Positions 1 through 10,800 of a DNA stretch of 32,000 nucleotides are shown piece by piece. This DNA is from Candidatus Jordarchaeales archaeon (lineage in GTDB: Archaea; Asgardarchaeota; Jordiarchaeia; Jordiarchaeales; Freyrarchaeaceae). Numbering within the stretch: position 1 is the stretch's first letter; each line of letters begins with the position of its first letter. The position numbers and the translations under genes are program-made. The stretch spans positions 263,703-295,702 of the forward strand of contig JAWAHN010000003.1 of NCBI GenBank assembly GCA_038889235.1, written 5' to 3'. The notes below the pieces were generated by a model. The model did not search any database and was not told the origin of the DNA. It saw only the letters and a program-made list of their open reading frames with translations.

Positions 1-468
1 ATCAATTCACCCCTCCCAATCAACTCCTCCCCAAAATTAAAGAGGGAGGTCACTCACTTTTAAAAATATAGGTGAGAAAAAGGGTGTTTCATGCGAATTT
101 GTCATTCACCACTATTTAAAATAAGATTTAAGAGGGAAGCGGTAAGTGAGACGTTGTGGAGGTATTTTGTGTGATTGTTTATGCTTCTTTTGAATTAATC
201 TCCTAGTCAACGCGTGCAAAAATTTAAAATTTGTAAATGAAAGATGACTTAAAAAGCTCGGATGAAAGATATGCTAGCTGGTGTTAAAAACCTTGAAAGT
301 TCATTACATGACGTCGTAGACGAGATGATATAAGAAGCCATAATACAGAAAGCCGAGGGTGCTTTTTTTAAGTAGTTTACAGCTTTCTTTCCCAAGATTG
401 TTTAACTCGTTACGTGTAAGGCGCGTTTGGAAATGTTTCCAGTTTTTCGACATAGTAAAAAGAAAAGA

Positions 469-2145
469 TTATAGGAGGTATCCTGCTCCTTCCGATGTCG
501 GCTTAACCATTTTCGAGTACACGCTTAGGACCCCCCTCTTGAATTTTGGTTCGGGTGGCTTCCACTTTTTCAGCCTGCTTTCAAGCTCTTCCCTTGAAAT
601 CTTTACGTCCAACCTGCGCTCGGGTATGTCTATTGATATTACGTCCCCGTCCTTAACTACAGCTATCGGGCCGCCGCTCATGGCTTCTGGGTCTACGTGT
701 CCTATGCAGGGGCCTCTCGTTGCCCCCGAGAATCTTCCATCTGTGACTAGTGCTACTTTGTCTCCGAGCCCTGTGCCTATGAGGGCTGCTGTCGGCTTAA
801 GCATCTCGCGCATCCCTGGACCACCGCGCGGCCCCTCATACCTTATGACGACCACCTCTCCGGGGTTGATCTCTTTTCCCGTGATCGCTTTCAACGCGTC
901 CTCCTCTGAGTCGAAGACCCTCGCCTCACCCTCGAACCTAAGCATTTTCGGGTCGACCGCGGACTGCTTGACCACCGCACCGTTTGGGGCTAGATTCCCC
1001 TTTAGTATGGCTATTCCTCCCTCCTTGTGCACCGGGTTGTCCCGCGGCCTTATGACGCTCCTATCGAGCACCGCGGCGTCCTTTATGTTCTCTCCAAGAG
1101 TTTTCCCTGTGACGGTCAGCACGTCCTTGTGGATGAGCTCGCCAAGCTCTTTCAACACCGCCGGTATACCCCCCGCATCGTCCAGATCCTGAACAGTGTA
1201 AGGACCGCTGGGATCCAGGTCGCACAGGTGCGGTGTCTCCCTGCTAAGCGTGTCAAACAAGTCCAACGTGAGCTTGATGCCCAGCTGCGACGCTATCGCA
1301 GGGAGGTGTAGAACAGTGTTCGTCGAGCCTCCGAGGGCCATGTCAACCCTAATAGCGTTCTCGAACGATTCATATGTCATGACGTCGCTCGGCTTGATCC
1401 CTTCTTCTACGAGCTTCACCGCCCGCATACCGGACTCCTTGGCAGCCCTCAGCCTCCTCGCGTCGACAGCCGGTATTGTTGCCAAGCCTGGGAGGGCCAT
1501 TCCAAGTGCTTCAGCCAGGCAGCACATGGTGTTAGCAGTATACATCCCCTGGCATGAGCCACAGCCGGGGAGAACGCGCTCCGAAAGTGCTCGCGCCCCC
1601 CTCTCTAGCTCCTCCGAGGGGAACATCATGCGGAGAAACTGCATTTCTAGGGCCCTCCTCCCCGTCACCTTCTCCCCCATGAATCTGCCTGGAAGCATGG
1701 GTCCGCCGTTAACGAAAATTGCCGGTATGTCTAGGAGAGCCGCAGCCATGAGCATGCCTGGGACTATTTTGTCGCAGGAGCCTATGAGCACCATGCCGTC
1801 GAGCTGGTGAGCGTTAACCATCATCTCTATGGATGCAGCTATGAGGTCCCTGCTTGGGAGGGAGTAGTGCATGCCTTCATGCCCCATCGCTATCCCGTCG
1901 CATATCGCTATTGTATGGAATTGGAGGGGGGTGCCCCCCGCCATTCTTATTCCGGCCTCCACGGCTTCGGCGATGAGGTTTAGGTGGACGTGTCCCGGCA
2001 CGAGGTTCGTCCAACTGTTGACCACGGCTATGAGCGGTCTATCTAGCTCTTCATCTGTGAAGCCGCATGCTTTCAGCAGGGTTCTCCCCATGTATCCTTC
2101 AATGGAGCCGTAAACTTTCCTACTTCTTAACCCGGTAACCATCAC
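469..2145 (-). CDS. ilvD: Dihydroxy-acid dehydratase
   Basis: 558 aa with family motifs NSW..PGH, CDGIAMGHEGM.YSL.SR, CDK..PG, CGSCQGMYTANTM, GGSTN, GPRGGPGM.EM, TDGRFSG and GHV.PEA. The Fe-S ligand cysteines are present. Confidence 0.96.
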   Translation of the reverse strand: MMVTGLRSRKVYGSIEGYMGRTLLKACGFTDEELDRPLIAVVNSWTNLVPGHVHLNLIAEAVEAGIRMAGGTPLQFHTIAICDGIAMGHEGMHYSLPSRDLIAASIEMMVNAHQLDGMVLIGSCDKIVPGMLMAAALLDIPAIFVNGGPMLPGRFMGEKVTGRRALEMQFLRMMFPSEELERGARALSERVLPGCGSCQGMYTANTMCCLAEALGMALPGLATIPAVDARRLRAAKESGMRAVKLVEEGIKPSDVMTYESFENAIRVDMALGGSTNTVLHLPAIASQLGIKLTLDLFDTLSRETPHLCDLDPSGPYTVQDLDDAGGIPAVLKELGELIHKDVLTVTGKTLGENIKDAAVLDRSVIRPRDNPVHKEGGIAILKGNLAPNGAVVKQSAVDPKMLRFEGEARVFDSEEDALKAITGKEINPGEVVVIRYEGPRGGPGMREMLKPTAALIGTGLGDKVALVTDGRFSGATRGPCIGHVDPEAMSGGPIAVVKDGDVISIDIPERRLDVKISREELESRLKKWKPPEPKFKRGVLSVYSKMVKPTSEGAGYLL

Positions 2146-2299
2146 GAGACCCTCTGAGACGCGTTTAATCAGTTCTACTTAGTTCCGCCGGACAACAAGA
2201 ATTTTTCGTTTAAGTGTGGTGGGGCTCGTTATGGGTTAAGGTTAATTTGCGGTTGACGGTAAAGGAATTGTTGGATAAGAGGAAAGGTGGTGATCGGGT

Positions 2300-3253
2300 T
2301 TGAAGCACTTGGAGCTCTTGGAGGGAGCTGTGTCTGCTTGCAGACAGAACCTTGCGGTTAAGGAAGGCGAGAACGTTGTGGTTGTCGCAGACCCAGATAT
2401 GGTTGTTTACGGTGAGTCCTTCGCATACGCCGCTGAGGTGTTGGGCGCTGAGGTGACGCTCGTCTTGATGAAGGATAGGGGGAGACATGGCGCCGAGCCT
2501 CCTAGGCCCGTTGCGGCAGCCATAGAGGCGGCTGACGTCTTCATACTGACGACCACACACTCTCTGAGCCACACTGAGGCTAGGAGGAGGGCTACCGAGA
2601 GGGGTGGTAGGGGGGCTAGTCTTCCCGGGGTTACGAAGCAGATGTTCCTCGAGCCCATGATGGCGGACTACGGCTACGTTAAGAGGTTAACAGAGGTAGT
2701 TGCGTCGCTGCTTGATAAGGGTAAAGAGGTCAGACTGACTTCTCCTTCCGGAACAGACTTGACCCTCAACTTGGAGGGTAGGATCGCTATGAGGGATGAC
2801 GGGGACTACACCCGTCCAGGGCTCTGGGGGAACCTCCCAGCGGGGGAGGCGTGTATAGCTCCCGTGGAGTCTGAGGGGGAGGGGGTTATCGTGCTGGACT
2901 CCGTTCTCGGGTCTTTCGACGGGTCGAAGATCACTGTTAAGAGTGGTAGGGCTGTTAGTTTTAAGGGAGATGGGGCTAAGCGCATTGAGAACAAGCTTAG
3001 AGAGGTAGGGGACTGCGCTTTTCAGGTTGCCGAGCTTGGAGTAGGCACGAATCCCAAGGCTAGGCTTGTGGGGAATATTTTGGAGGACGAGAAGGTTATG
3101 GGAACGGTTCACGTGGCATTCGGCGACAACACAAGCTTCCCCGGGGGAAGGAACAAGTGCGCGGTCCACATAGATTTAATAATACTTAAGCCAACCCTCA
3201 CAATCGACGGAGAAACCGTGATGAAGGACGGTGTACTCCTGGTTAACGTTTGA
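2300..3253 (+). CDS. Aminopeptidase, M29/AmpS-like (leucyl aminopeptidase family)
   Basis: 317 aa with GTDL, GNLPAGE, AELGVGTNP, EDEK..GT.H.AFG.N and HID motifs typical of archaeal M29-like peptidases. GGTGG RBS precedes the TTG start. Confidence 0.85.
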   Translation: MKHLELLEGAVSACRQNLAVKEGENVVVVADPDMVVYGESFAYAAEVLGAEVTLVLMKDRGRHGAEPPRPVAAAIEAADVFILTTTHSLSHTEARRRATERGGRGASLPGVTKQMFLEPMMADYGYVKRLTEVVASLLDKGKEVRLTSPSGTDLTLNLEGRIAMRDDGDYTRPGLWGNLPAGEACIAPVESEGEGVIVLDSVLGSFDGSKITVKSGRAVSFKGDGAKRIENKLREVGDCAFQVAELGVGTNPKARLVGNILEDEKVMGTVHVAFGDNTSFPGGRNKCAVHIDLIILKPTLTIDGETVMKDGVLLVNV

Positions 3254-3277
3254 CTGCCGTTCGAAAGGTGTTAGGGA

Positions 3278-4267
3278 ATGGGTTCTAGGCCGGTGGTTGA
3301 GCTGCTCGAGGAGCTTAAGGAGGGTGACCCCTCAAAGCTCCCGTCGACACTAAGCGAGCTATGCTCGTACGCTGAGCAGGGTGTCTACGATCCGGACGTC
3401 CTCCCACTGTTGAGGAAAGTGATTGAGCCACAACAGGATAGCGGGGTTCTTGTTTGCGCGCTACGCCTCGCCTCCCTCTACTGCTCGGAGGGCTTATTTC
3501 ACCGCGAAGTAGCTGAAAGCGTGCCCCCCCTCCTGAACCACGAGAGTGACAGCGTTAAGGCTCACGCGCTGTACTTCCTCGCAACCTGCGCCCGCAGAGG
3601 GGTAGTCTGGGAGGAGGTGTTCGAGAGAATGGTTGAACTTATCCGCTCTGACGCTGTTGAAGTCGCACTTATGGCCATCGAGGCACTCATAGCTTACGCT
3701 GAGGAGGGGGTGACTTTTCCAGGCGTTCTAGAAGCGGCGATAGACGTGCTTGAGTGGGGTGACAGCAACCTCCAGGCGTCAGCGTTGAGCTTGTTGAGTG
3801 TCTACGCAGAGAGGGAGATGCTCAACGAAAGGTTCCTTAAGTACGCTCCCTCGCTGCTGAGCTCAGAGGACGAGGCTGTTCGACTGGAGGCGGCGTTATG
3901 CCTTTGGAGGTACGCTGTAAGGGGTTTGGTGAGCGATACGGCTGTGGGGCCCTTGCTAAGGATGCTCGGAAGCGACTCTTTCAGCGTCCAGTCAGCGGCG
4001 GCACGCGCACTCTGGAGGTACGCTAAGTTTGGTGTCGGGGGGCGCAAGGCGGCTGACGAGTTAGCGCTTCTGCTCAGCTCGGAGAACACGTTTGTGAGGA
4101 GGGCTGCAGTCTACGCTTTGCTCCTCTATGCTCAGAGTGGGGTTTTATCTCCCGCCGCCGCGAGCGTCTTTCCATCCCTGCTGGGGGACAAAGATGAGGG
4201 CGTCAGGAGGGTGGCACTCCAAGTAATAGAAGAGTACGAGAAGAGGGGTGGAGGAGTGCTTGACTAA
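3278..4267 (+). CDS. HEAT-like repeat (alpha-solenoid) protein
   Basis: About nine ~36-aa repeats of the form L..LL.S.D..VR..A..AL..YA..G, e.g. LLSSEDEAVRLEAALCLWRYA and LLSSENTFVRRAAVYALLLYA. Confidence 0.8.
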   Translation: MGSRPVVELLEELKEGDPSKLPSTLSELCSYAEQGVYDPDVLPLLRKVIEPQQDSGVLVCALRLASLYCSEGLFHREVAESVPPLLNHESDSVKAHALYFLATCARRGVVWEEVFERMVELIRSDAVEVALMAIEALIAYAEEGVTFPGVLEAAIDVLEWGDSNLQASALSLLSVYAEREMLNERFLKYAPSLLSSEDEAVRLEAALCLWRYAVRGLVSDTAVGPLLRMLGSDSFSVQSAAARALWRYAKFGVGGRKAADELALLLSSENTFVRRAAVYALLLYAQSGVLSPAAASVFPSLLGDKDEGVRRVALQVIEEYEKRGGGVLD

Positions 4268-4275
4268 CCGGTTTT

Positions 4276-7200
4276 TCACTTCTTCCTGACGGTTATCGTC
4301 ATCTTAACGTCGTCGATCTCCCACTCCTTGCTGTAGCCTTCGCCTTCGCCGCGCACTATTTTGTCTGCTAGGGTTTCGCCTTTAATATAGTCCATGTATG
4401 CTTCGATGTCCCTGAATACGGAGTCGTCGCACTTTATCGCCACCTCTATCCGCTGCATGAAGTCAAGGTTCATTTCCTTTCTCATCGCTTGAATTCTTCT
4501 GACGACTTCCCTAGCCAGCGCCTCCCTTCTCAGCTCCTCGGTGACCTCGACGTTTACCAGCACGTAGACTTGCGTCCTCTTCCCGTCCTTGACGTAGGTC
4601 ACCGGTTCTCCCACACCATACCCTTCCTTTGCCTCAACGCAGATCTCGACGTCCTCCTTCGTTACAACGAAAGTTTTCCCGTCAATGTTCAAAGCGTAGT
4701 CTCCTTCCTCGAGGGCAGCTACAAGCTTCTCGGGGTCCTCTTTGGATAGCTGGTCGGCAACCTTCTTCGCCTCACCCTTAAACTTCGGGCCAAGGAACTT
4801 GAAGTTTGGCTTCACCGAGAAAGACAGGTAGTCTTTCGGGTTCGTCGAGTAGTTGACCTCTTTTACGTTCAGCTCGTCCCTGAGGTACTCTTCGAGAGGA
4901 GCTATGTCGCGTATGACCTCTTCTCGGGCCACTACCACTGCCTCCTTCAATGGGTGCCTAAGCTTTATCCCCTTGCTAGCTCTAGCCGACCTTCCGGAAG
5001 CTGCAAGCCTTATGACTAAGTCCATTTTTCTCTCGAGGTCTGGGTCAATCTCGTCTTCGACCGGCATGGGGAAGTCTGTGAGGTGGACGCTTTCAACCGC
5101 CTTCTCGTCCCCCCTTGAAAGGTTCTGGTACATGGCTTCAGCGGTGAATGGTATGAAAGGCGCGAGGAGCCTTGTCAGCGTCTCCAGCGTCCTGTAGAGG
5201 GCGAAGTAGGCGCTCCTCTTGTCCTCGTCCATCTCGTTTCTCCAGAAGCGCCTGCGGGAGCGGCGCAGGTACCAGTTGCTGAGCTCCTCGACGACGAATT
5301 CGTCGAGCAGCCTGGCAGCCTTGTGAACCATGTAGTTCTCCATCTCCCTTCTAACGGTCTTAGTGACAGTTGACAACCTGCTGAGGAGCCACCTGTCAAG
5401 CTCACTGGTAACCTTCGGCCTCCCGCCCACATGAGGGTTGAACTCGTCTATGTTGGCGTTCGTGACATAGAAGAAGTACACGTTCCAAAGGGTGTTGAGA
5501 AACCTGTTCCTCGTCTCGACGACCATCTTCTCGCTAAACCGTTTCGGAACCCACGGCGGGCTTGAAACGAAGAAGTACCACCTCATGGCGTCGGCGCCCA
5601 CGTTCCTGAATATCACGTTCGGGTCGACGACGTTCCCACGCGACTTGCTCATCTTCCTGCCATGCTCGTCTAAGACGTGGCCCAGGGAGAGAACGTTTTC
5701 GTATGCGTGGCTTCCGAAGACCGCCGTCGCGACGGCGTGTAGCGTGTAGAACCAGCCTCTACACTGGTCCACGGCCTCAGTTATGAAGGTCACTGGGAAC
5801 GTTTCCTTGAACAGCTCAACGTTCTCGAACGGGTAGTGGTACTGGGCGAACGGGGCGGCGCCGGAGTCGTACCAGCAGTCTATGACGTAGGGCTCCCTTT
5901 TCATAGTCTCCCCGCACTCGGGGCACGGGAAGGTTATCGAGTCAATCTGCGGCTTGTGTGGGTCGAAGTTCTCCGGAAGCTTGCCGGCGTATCTTTCAAG
6001 CTCCTCGTAGCTCCCGACGCACACGTGGTGACCTTTTGTACATGTCCATATTGGGAGCGGGGTCCCCCAGAACCTGTTCCTGCTGAGGGCCCAGTCCTTC
6101 GCCTCCTCTATGAACTTCCCAAACCGCCCCCTCTTCAAGTATGGTGGGTACCAGTTTATCTTGTTGTTGTTTTCTACAAGCTTGTCCCTCAACGCGCTCA
6201 TCTTGATGTACCATGTTTCTATGGCGTAGTATAGGAGTGGGGTGTCGCACCGCCAGCAGTGGGGGTATGGGTGGACTATGGTTCCAGACTTGTAGATGAG
6301 ACCCCTCCTCTTAAGGTCCTTTATTATCTCTTTGTCGGCGTCCTTTATGTAGAGTCCTTTGAACGGGGCTGCTTCTTCTTTCACGCGGCCTGCCTCGTCC
6401 ACCAGCTGGATTATCGGCAGCTTGTACTTCTTGGCGACCTCGAAGTCTTCCGGGCCAAAGGCTGGGGCGATGTGCACTATCCCTGTCCCCTCGGTCTCGG
6501 TCACGAAGTCGCCGAGCACGACGTACCACGCCTTCTTGTCGGGCTTCACGAAAGAGTAGAGTGGCTCGTATTCGAGCCCTTCAAGCTCCCTCCCCTTGAA
6601 GGTCTTCAGCACTTTGTAGTTCCCTTCGAGGAGCATTTGGAGCGCCTTCGCGACAATGTACCTTTCGCCCCCTTGCTCCACTAGTATGTACTCGAGGTCT
6701 GGGTGTACTGCGAGCGCAACGTTTGAGAGGAGCGTCCACGGTGTAGTAGTCCAGACGAGGAAGTAGGTGTTCTCCTCGCCTTTAACCTTGAACTTTACGT
6801 GTATAGACGGGTCTGCGGTGTCCTTGTACCCGCCGAGGGCGACCTCGTGGGAGCTGAGAGGAGTCCCACACCTCGGACAGTAAAGGACAACGTAGTAGTC
6901 CTTGTAGAGCATCCTCCCCCTTTCGCCGTCCTTCTCCCACGTCTTCTCCCATAACTGCTTCAGAGACCACCACACGGATTCAATGTACTCCTTGCTCATG
7001 GTCACATATGGGCGATCCATGTCGAGCCACGTACCCACACGCTCGGTCATCTTAACCCATTCACGCTCATACTTGAAGACGCTCATTCTGCACATCTCGT
7101 TGAAGCGCTCAACACCGAAAACCTCGATGTCACGCTTACTGTTAAGCCTAAGCTCCTTCTCAACCTCTATCTCCACGGGCAACCCATGGCAGTCCCAGCC

Positions 7201-7458
7201 CGCGATGCGGGGGACAACATCTTCCCCTATCATTGTCCTAAACCTGAGAAAAACGTCCTTCATGCACCTCGTCAACACGTGGCCGACGTGCGGCAAACCG
7301 TTAGCGGTCGGCGGCCCCTCAAGAAAGACAAACTTGCGTTTTCCCTTCCTCAACTTCCTCACTTTGCCGAATATGTCGCGCTCCTTCCAGAAGCGAAGTA
7401 TCTCCTCTTCCAGCCTAGGAAAGTCTGGAGTGGTCTCAACACTACTGTATAGCCCCAA
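4276..7458 (-). CDS. ileS: Isoleucine--tRNA ligase (archaeal/eukaryotic type)
   Basis: 1060 aa with GPPTANGLPHVGH (HIGH), GWDCHGLPVE, WTTTPWTL, GTGIVHIAPAFG, WALSRNRFWGTP, DQCRGWFYTL and KMSKS. GGTGGTGAG RBS. Confidence 0.97.
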   Translation of the reverse strand: MGLYSSVETTPDFPRLEEEILRFWKERDIFGKVRKLRKGKRKFVFLEGPPTANGLPHVGHVLTRCMKDVFLRFRTMIGEDVVPRIAGWDCHGLPVEIEVEKELRLNSKRDIEVFGVERFNEMCRMSVFKYEREWVKMTERVGTWLDMDRPYVTMSKEYIESVWWSLKQLWEKTWEKDGERGRMLYKDYYVVLYCPRCGTPLSSHEVALGGYKDTADPSIHVKFKVKGEENTYFLVWTTTPWTLLSNVALAVHPDLEYILVEQGGERYIVAKALQMLLEGNYKVLKTFKGRELEGLEYEPLYSFVKPDKKAWYVVLGDFVTETEGTGIVHIAPAFGPEDFEVAKKYKLPIIQLVDEAGRVKEEAAPFKGLYIKDADKEIIKDLKRRGLIYKSGTIVHPYPHCWRCDTPLLYYAIETWYIKMSALRDKLVENNNKINWYPPYLKRGRFGKFIEEAKDWALSRNRFWGTPLPIWTCTKGHHVCVGSYEELERYAGKLPENFDPHKPQIDSITFPCPECGETMKREPYVIDCWYDSGAAPFAQYHYPFENVELFKETFPVTFITEAVDQCRGWFYTLHAVATAVFGSHAYENVLSLGHVLDEHGRKMSKSRGNVVDPNVIFRNVGADAMRWYFFVSSPPWVPKRFSEKMVVETRNRFLNTLWNVYFFYVTNANIDEFNPHVGGRPKVTSELDRWLLSRLSTVTKTVRREMENYMVHKAARLLDEFVVEELSNWYLRRSRRRFWRNEMDEDKRSAYFALYRTLETLTRLLAPFIPFTAEAMYQNLSRGDEKAVESVHLTDFPMPVEDEIDPDLERKMDLVIRLAASGRSARASKGIKLRHPLKEAVVVAREEVIRDIAPLEEYLRDELNVKEVNYSTNPKDYLSFSVKPNFKFLGPKFKGEAKKVADQLSKEDPEKLVAALEEGDYALNIDGKTFVVTKEDVEICVEAKEGYGVGEPVTYVKDGKRTQVYVLVNVEVTEELRREALAREVVRRIQAMRKEMNLDFMQRIEVAIKCDDSVFRDIEAYMDYIKGETLADKIVRGEGEGYSKEWEIDDVKMTITVRKK

Positions 7459-7890
7459 AGCTCACCACCTTCAAAACATGGTCAAATACCAGGAGGGGAG
7501 AATAAGCCTTCAAGGGCGAGTGCAGGGACATTAAATTTGGCGCTCGGTCAACCCTGCAACCTCCATCAGCAAAAACGATAGAGAAAAAAGTATTTTTTAA
7601 ATTTTCTCTCGAAAACGCGACGGACACATGACAACAAAGGCTGTTACACTACGCCACAGACAAACCCTTTAAAAGACAAAAAAATCGGGGAACTAGCAGT
7701 CTTCCTATGCTCTAACGGTGTTGGTGTGGACGCAACAAAAATTCGAGTTGGTAGGAGCACGGGTGCTAAAGCATGGGTTGACATGTGTACGCATTTTCAA
7801 CAAACATCCAGCAGAACGTAGACTGGGCGGATTGTTTGAAGTGTACGTGAGAGAAAAAGTTGGGGTTAGTGGGTGCTATTTCTGTTCTCC

Positions 7891-10800
7891 TCAGGTGTCC
7901 TCTTCCTTCTTTTCCTCCGCTCTGACTTCTCCTCCCTCATCAATCTTGGCAGCTTCTTCTTTTTGCTCTTCTCCCCCAGTCTCTTCTTTCTCCGCCTCTT
8001 CTTCTTTCACTTCCTTCTTTGAAAGCGTTCGCTCCTCTTCTTTTTCTAATTCTTGCAGTATTGCTGCCGATATGTCTGGTGGAACTCCAAGAGTTTCGAG
8101 AAGCTTTTCCCTATCTGTCGGCGAAGCCGCTCTCAGTTCTGCTAGTATTACACGCGCCTCACTTTCGCTCTTACCTATCTCGACCAGCAACGGGACAAGC
8201 TTGTCCATAACCTCCGGAGTGACGTAAGTAGGCGGTTTAGGTTCAACTCCTATAAGCGACAATTCCTCCGCGAGTATTGCTGTTATGACGCTTTCCCTCG
8301 TCTTAGGTTTGCCGACCTCAACGGGCAGCCCCTTGTATATTCTATCAATCAAGTAGTCTATCCTTCTAATTATTGGCGGTATCCTAGCTCTCTGCAAGTA
8401 GACATGGAAGGCGAAAGCTGAAGATGGCAAAAGTATGCTTGCAAGAAGCGCTAGGAAGAACTTGTAAGGCAAGTTTACCAGTGGAACGCTCCACTCTTTC
8501 ACGTTAAGCAAGATGACGGTTGAAGCAGACTGGTAGTATGCCTTTTCGGCTTTGACTGACAGTGGAAACGCGACGTCGGAAAGCCCTGAAACAGGGATCA
8601 ACGTGAGGTAGACGCCGGGTGAAACCTCCCACACAGGTAAGCTGAGAAGCGTAATGTTCGCTCCCGTCACAGGTCTTCCCAAATCGTCTTTGAGCGTGAA
8701 GATTAGAGGCACAAAGGGAACGTTGCTCTCAGCCATGATGTATTGCCCGACGATAAACTTGCTCGATAAAGGCAACGTAATGGGCGTAAACGTGACTGGA
8801 ATCCCTGAAATGGAGAGAGACAGCGTAATCTCCTGGAATTGGTAGTTCTGCTTGGAGGCAATTACATGCAGGACATAGAGCCCGGGCTCTGGAGATCCTA
8901 AAGATAATTCGCTGAGATTTAAAGCCGCCACGTAAACTCCACTATCTTTCTCAACCATATTCCCTGAGTACTCTGTCCCGCCAATGAACCAAACGACCGT
9001 AGCGCCAGTAACAGGATTACCTCCTACATCTCTTAGTTCAACAGAGAACGTTAAAGTCCTATTGTAGATCACTAACACATACCCGTCATGGAGGAGCTCG
9101 GAGGAGAATCTGGCAGAAGTTGGAACGGGGTTTATCACCAGCGTAATCTTAACTGGGTTAATAGAGTAGTTCTGCGCTATAGGAGCAACCTCGATAGTAT
9201 AAACTCCACTAGTTAAGTTGCTCAGTACATCAACTGGAACCGCATAGTATCCTCCCCCGACATTGTTCATGATTCCACTATATGGCGTGCCCAGGATCGA
9301 GTAGCTCACAACAGCGTTCTCAACGGGCATGTTGCGCCTCGTATCATTCAAGTACACGCTGATATTGAACGACGGAGGCGAGCTCCAAGTGACATTTATG
9401 AAGGACTCGTAGCCTACGGTCACCGGCAACTCCTTCACAACCAAGTACACGGTTACAGGCACAGGGTAAGCATAGCTGTCAGTGTCCAATGGCTCCCCGT
9501 AAAATGTAACAAGATATATGTATCCTCCAACGAGTCCCGTAGTGTTTAGCGTAACGTACCATTGCCCGATGGCCGACGTGTTTTCAGTCATTACTGTTTG
9601 CGGCACGACCACCGTACCATTAAGGTGTGATATCGTGTAGTTGACCCATGAAGCGTTTATGCCTACGTTTGGCCCAATCCGCTCTATCCACACCGAGAAG
9701 TTTACCTCGTCACTCCAGTATACGGTGAAGAAGCTGCCGCCCTCGCACCTAAGTTGAGTTTGCCTCAAGTATAATGTGCGGTCAAGCTCTACACGAATAT
9801 TCGCCGGTCCATTCAGAGTAAGAGGCTGGCTGAGCACGCTACCATCACTCATATTGTAAAGTTTAATTTGCTCATTCGGGTAAGCTTGCGTTGAAATGTT
9901 CACATAGAAACTTGCGCCAACCTTAACGTAAAGGCAAATATTAGCATAGTACGGATCAACCGACTGGTTAACGATGTTCTGTGGGAAACCAGACGTGTAG
10001 TTTATAGTAACGTTAGCATTCTGGACGCGGCTACCCAGCTTATCGTAAACTTCAATATAAAGCCTCGTAGCGTTAAGCACTATTGTTACTGACGACGAGT
10101 TCACCCCCGGCGTCCACCTCCCTGTCCGATTTACGTACTGGTCTCCGGGTGGAAGGTATGGTAGGGATAGGTTAGCTTGCAGGTAGTAGCCTCCTTCACA
10201 ATAGTAGAGGAAGAATGTGCACTTTCCATTCTCGTCTGTCAACTTGGACACATTAAGTTGAGTGTAGTCTTCATCGTTGAATATGCTGACGTTAGCGCCC
10301 GGTATCGGGGCTCCTGAAGGATCTGTCACCGTTACTTCCAGCTTGTAGAAGACGTCTTCAGGTGTCCCCACGCTCACCGTGAGGCTTGCCTTCATGCCCT
10401 CAGCGAACGCCTGGAAAGGAGCATACCCTCGGGATCCGTCCCAAATGTATACTGCAAACTTCTCGTAAATCCACCCGCCAGCACTAAAGTCGACTATACC
10501 CCAGTACCTGTCCCAGAACTCGTAGTAGGAAGTTACATACCAAAACACGCGGTAGTACCAGTAGCCTTGCCTAACTGTGGCGCCGCTCACCTGTGGGGAG
10601 ACAAGGTCGAATGTGCCAACAGCTTCGCGATCACCTTGATCCCACAAGCAGAACCATAATACATTGCTGTACAAGTTTTCTTGCCGACTGGTTTCGCCGA
10701 AAGTCACCGTGGTTGGCGTCCCATATTGATATCTGTAGGTTAAATTGCGCATTATCCCTGGGTTAAAAACCCATTCATTATTTCTGTATACTTGTCCACT

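Noticed and set aside
237-333. Short plus-strand ORF MKDMLAGVKNLESSLHDVVDEMI with a 9-nt direct repeat (ATGAAAGAT) and faint likeness to the coiled coil of the 30186-30938 protein
   Set aside because: Only 23 codons. The resemblance is explained by a generic heptad pattern.
359-1810. Long plus-strand ORFs (277, 186 and 94 aa) opposite ilvD, and similar antisense ORFs over ileS, the GT4s and other genes
   Set aside because: These are shadow frames of well-supported genes, Ser/Pro-rich with no motifs.
7521-7558. Inverted repeat TGCAGGG/CCCTGCA upstream of ileS as an attenuator or T-box-like leader
   Set aside because: Only 7 bp with a 24-nt loop, no T-box consensus, and T-boxes are not established in archaea.
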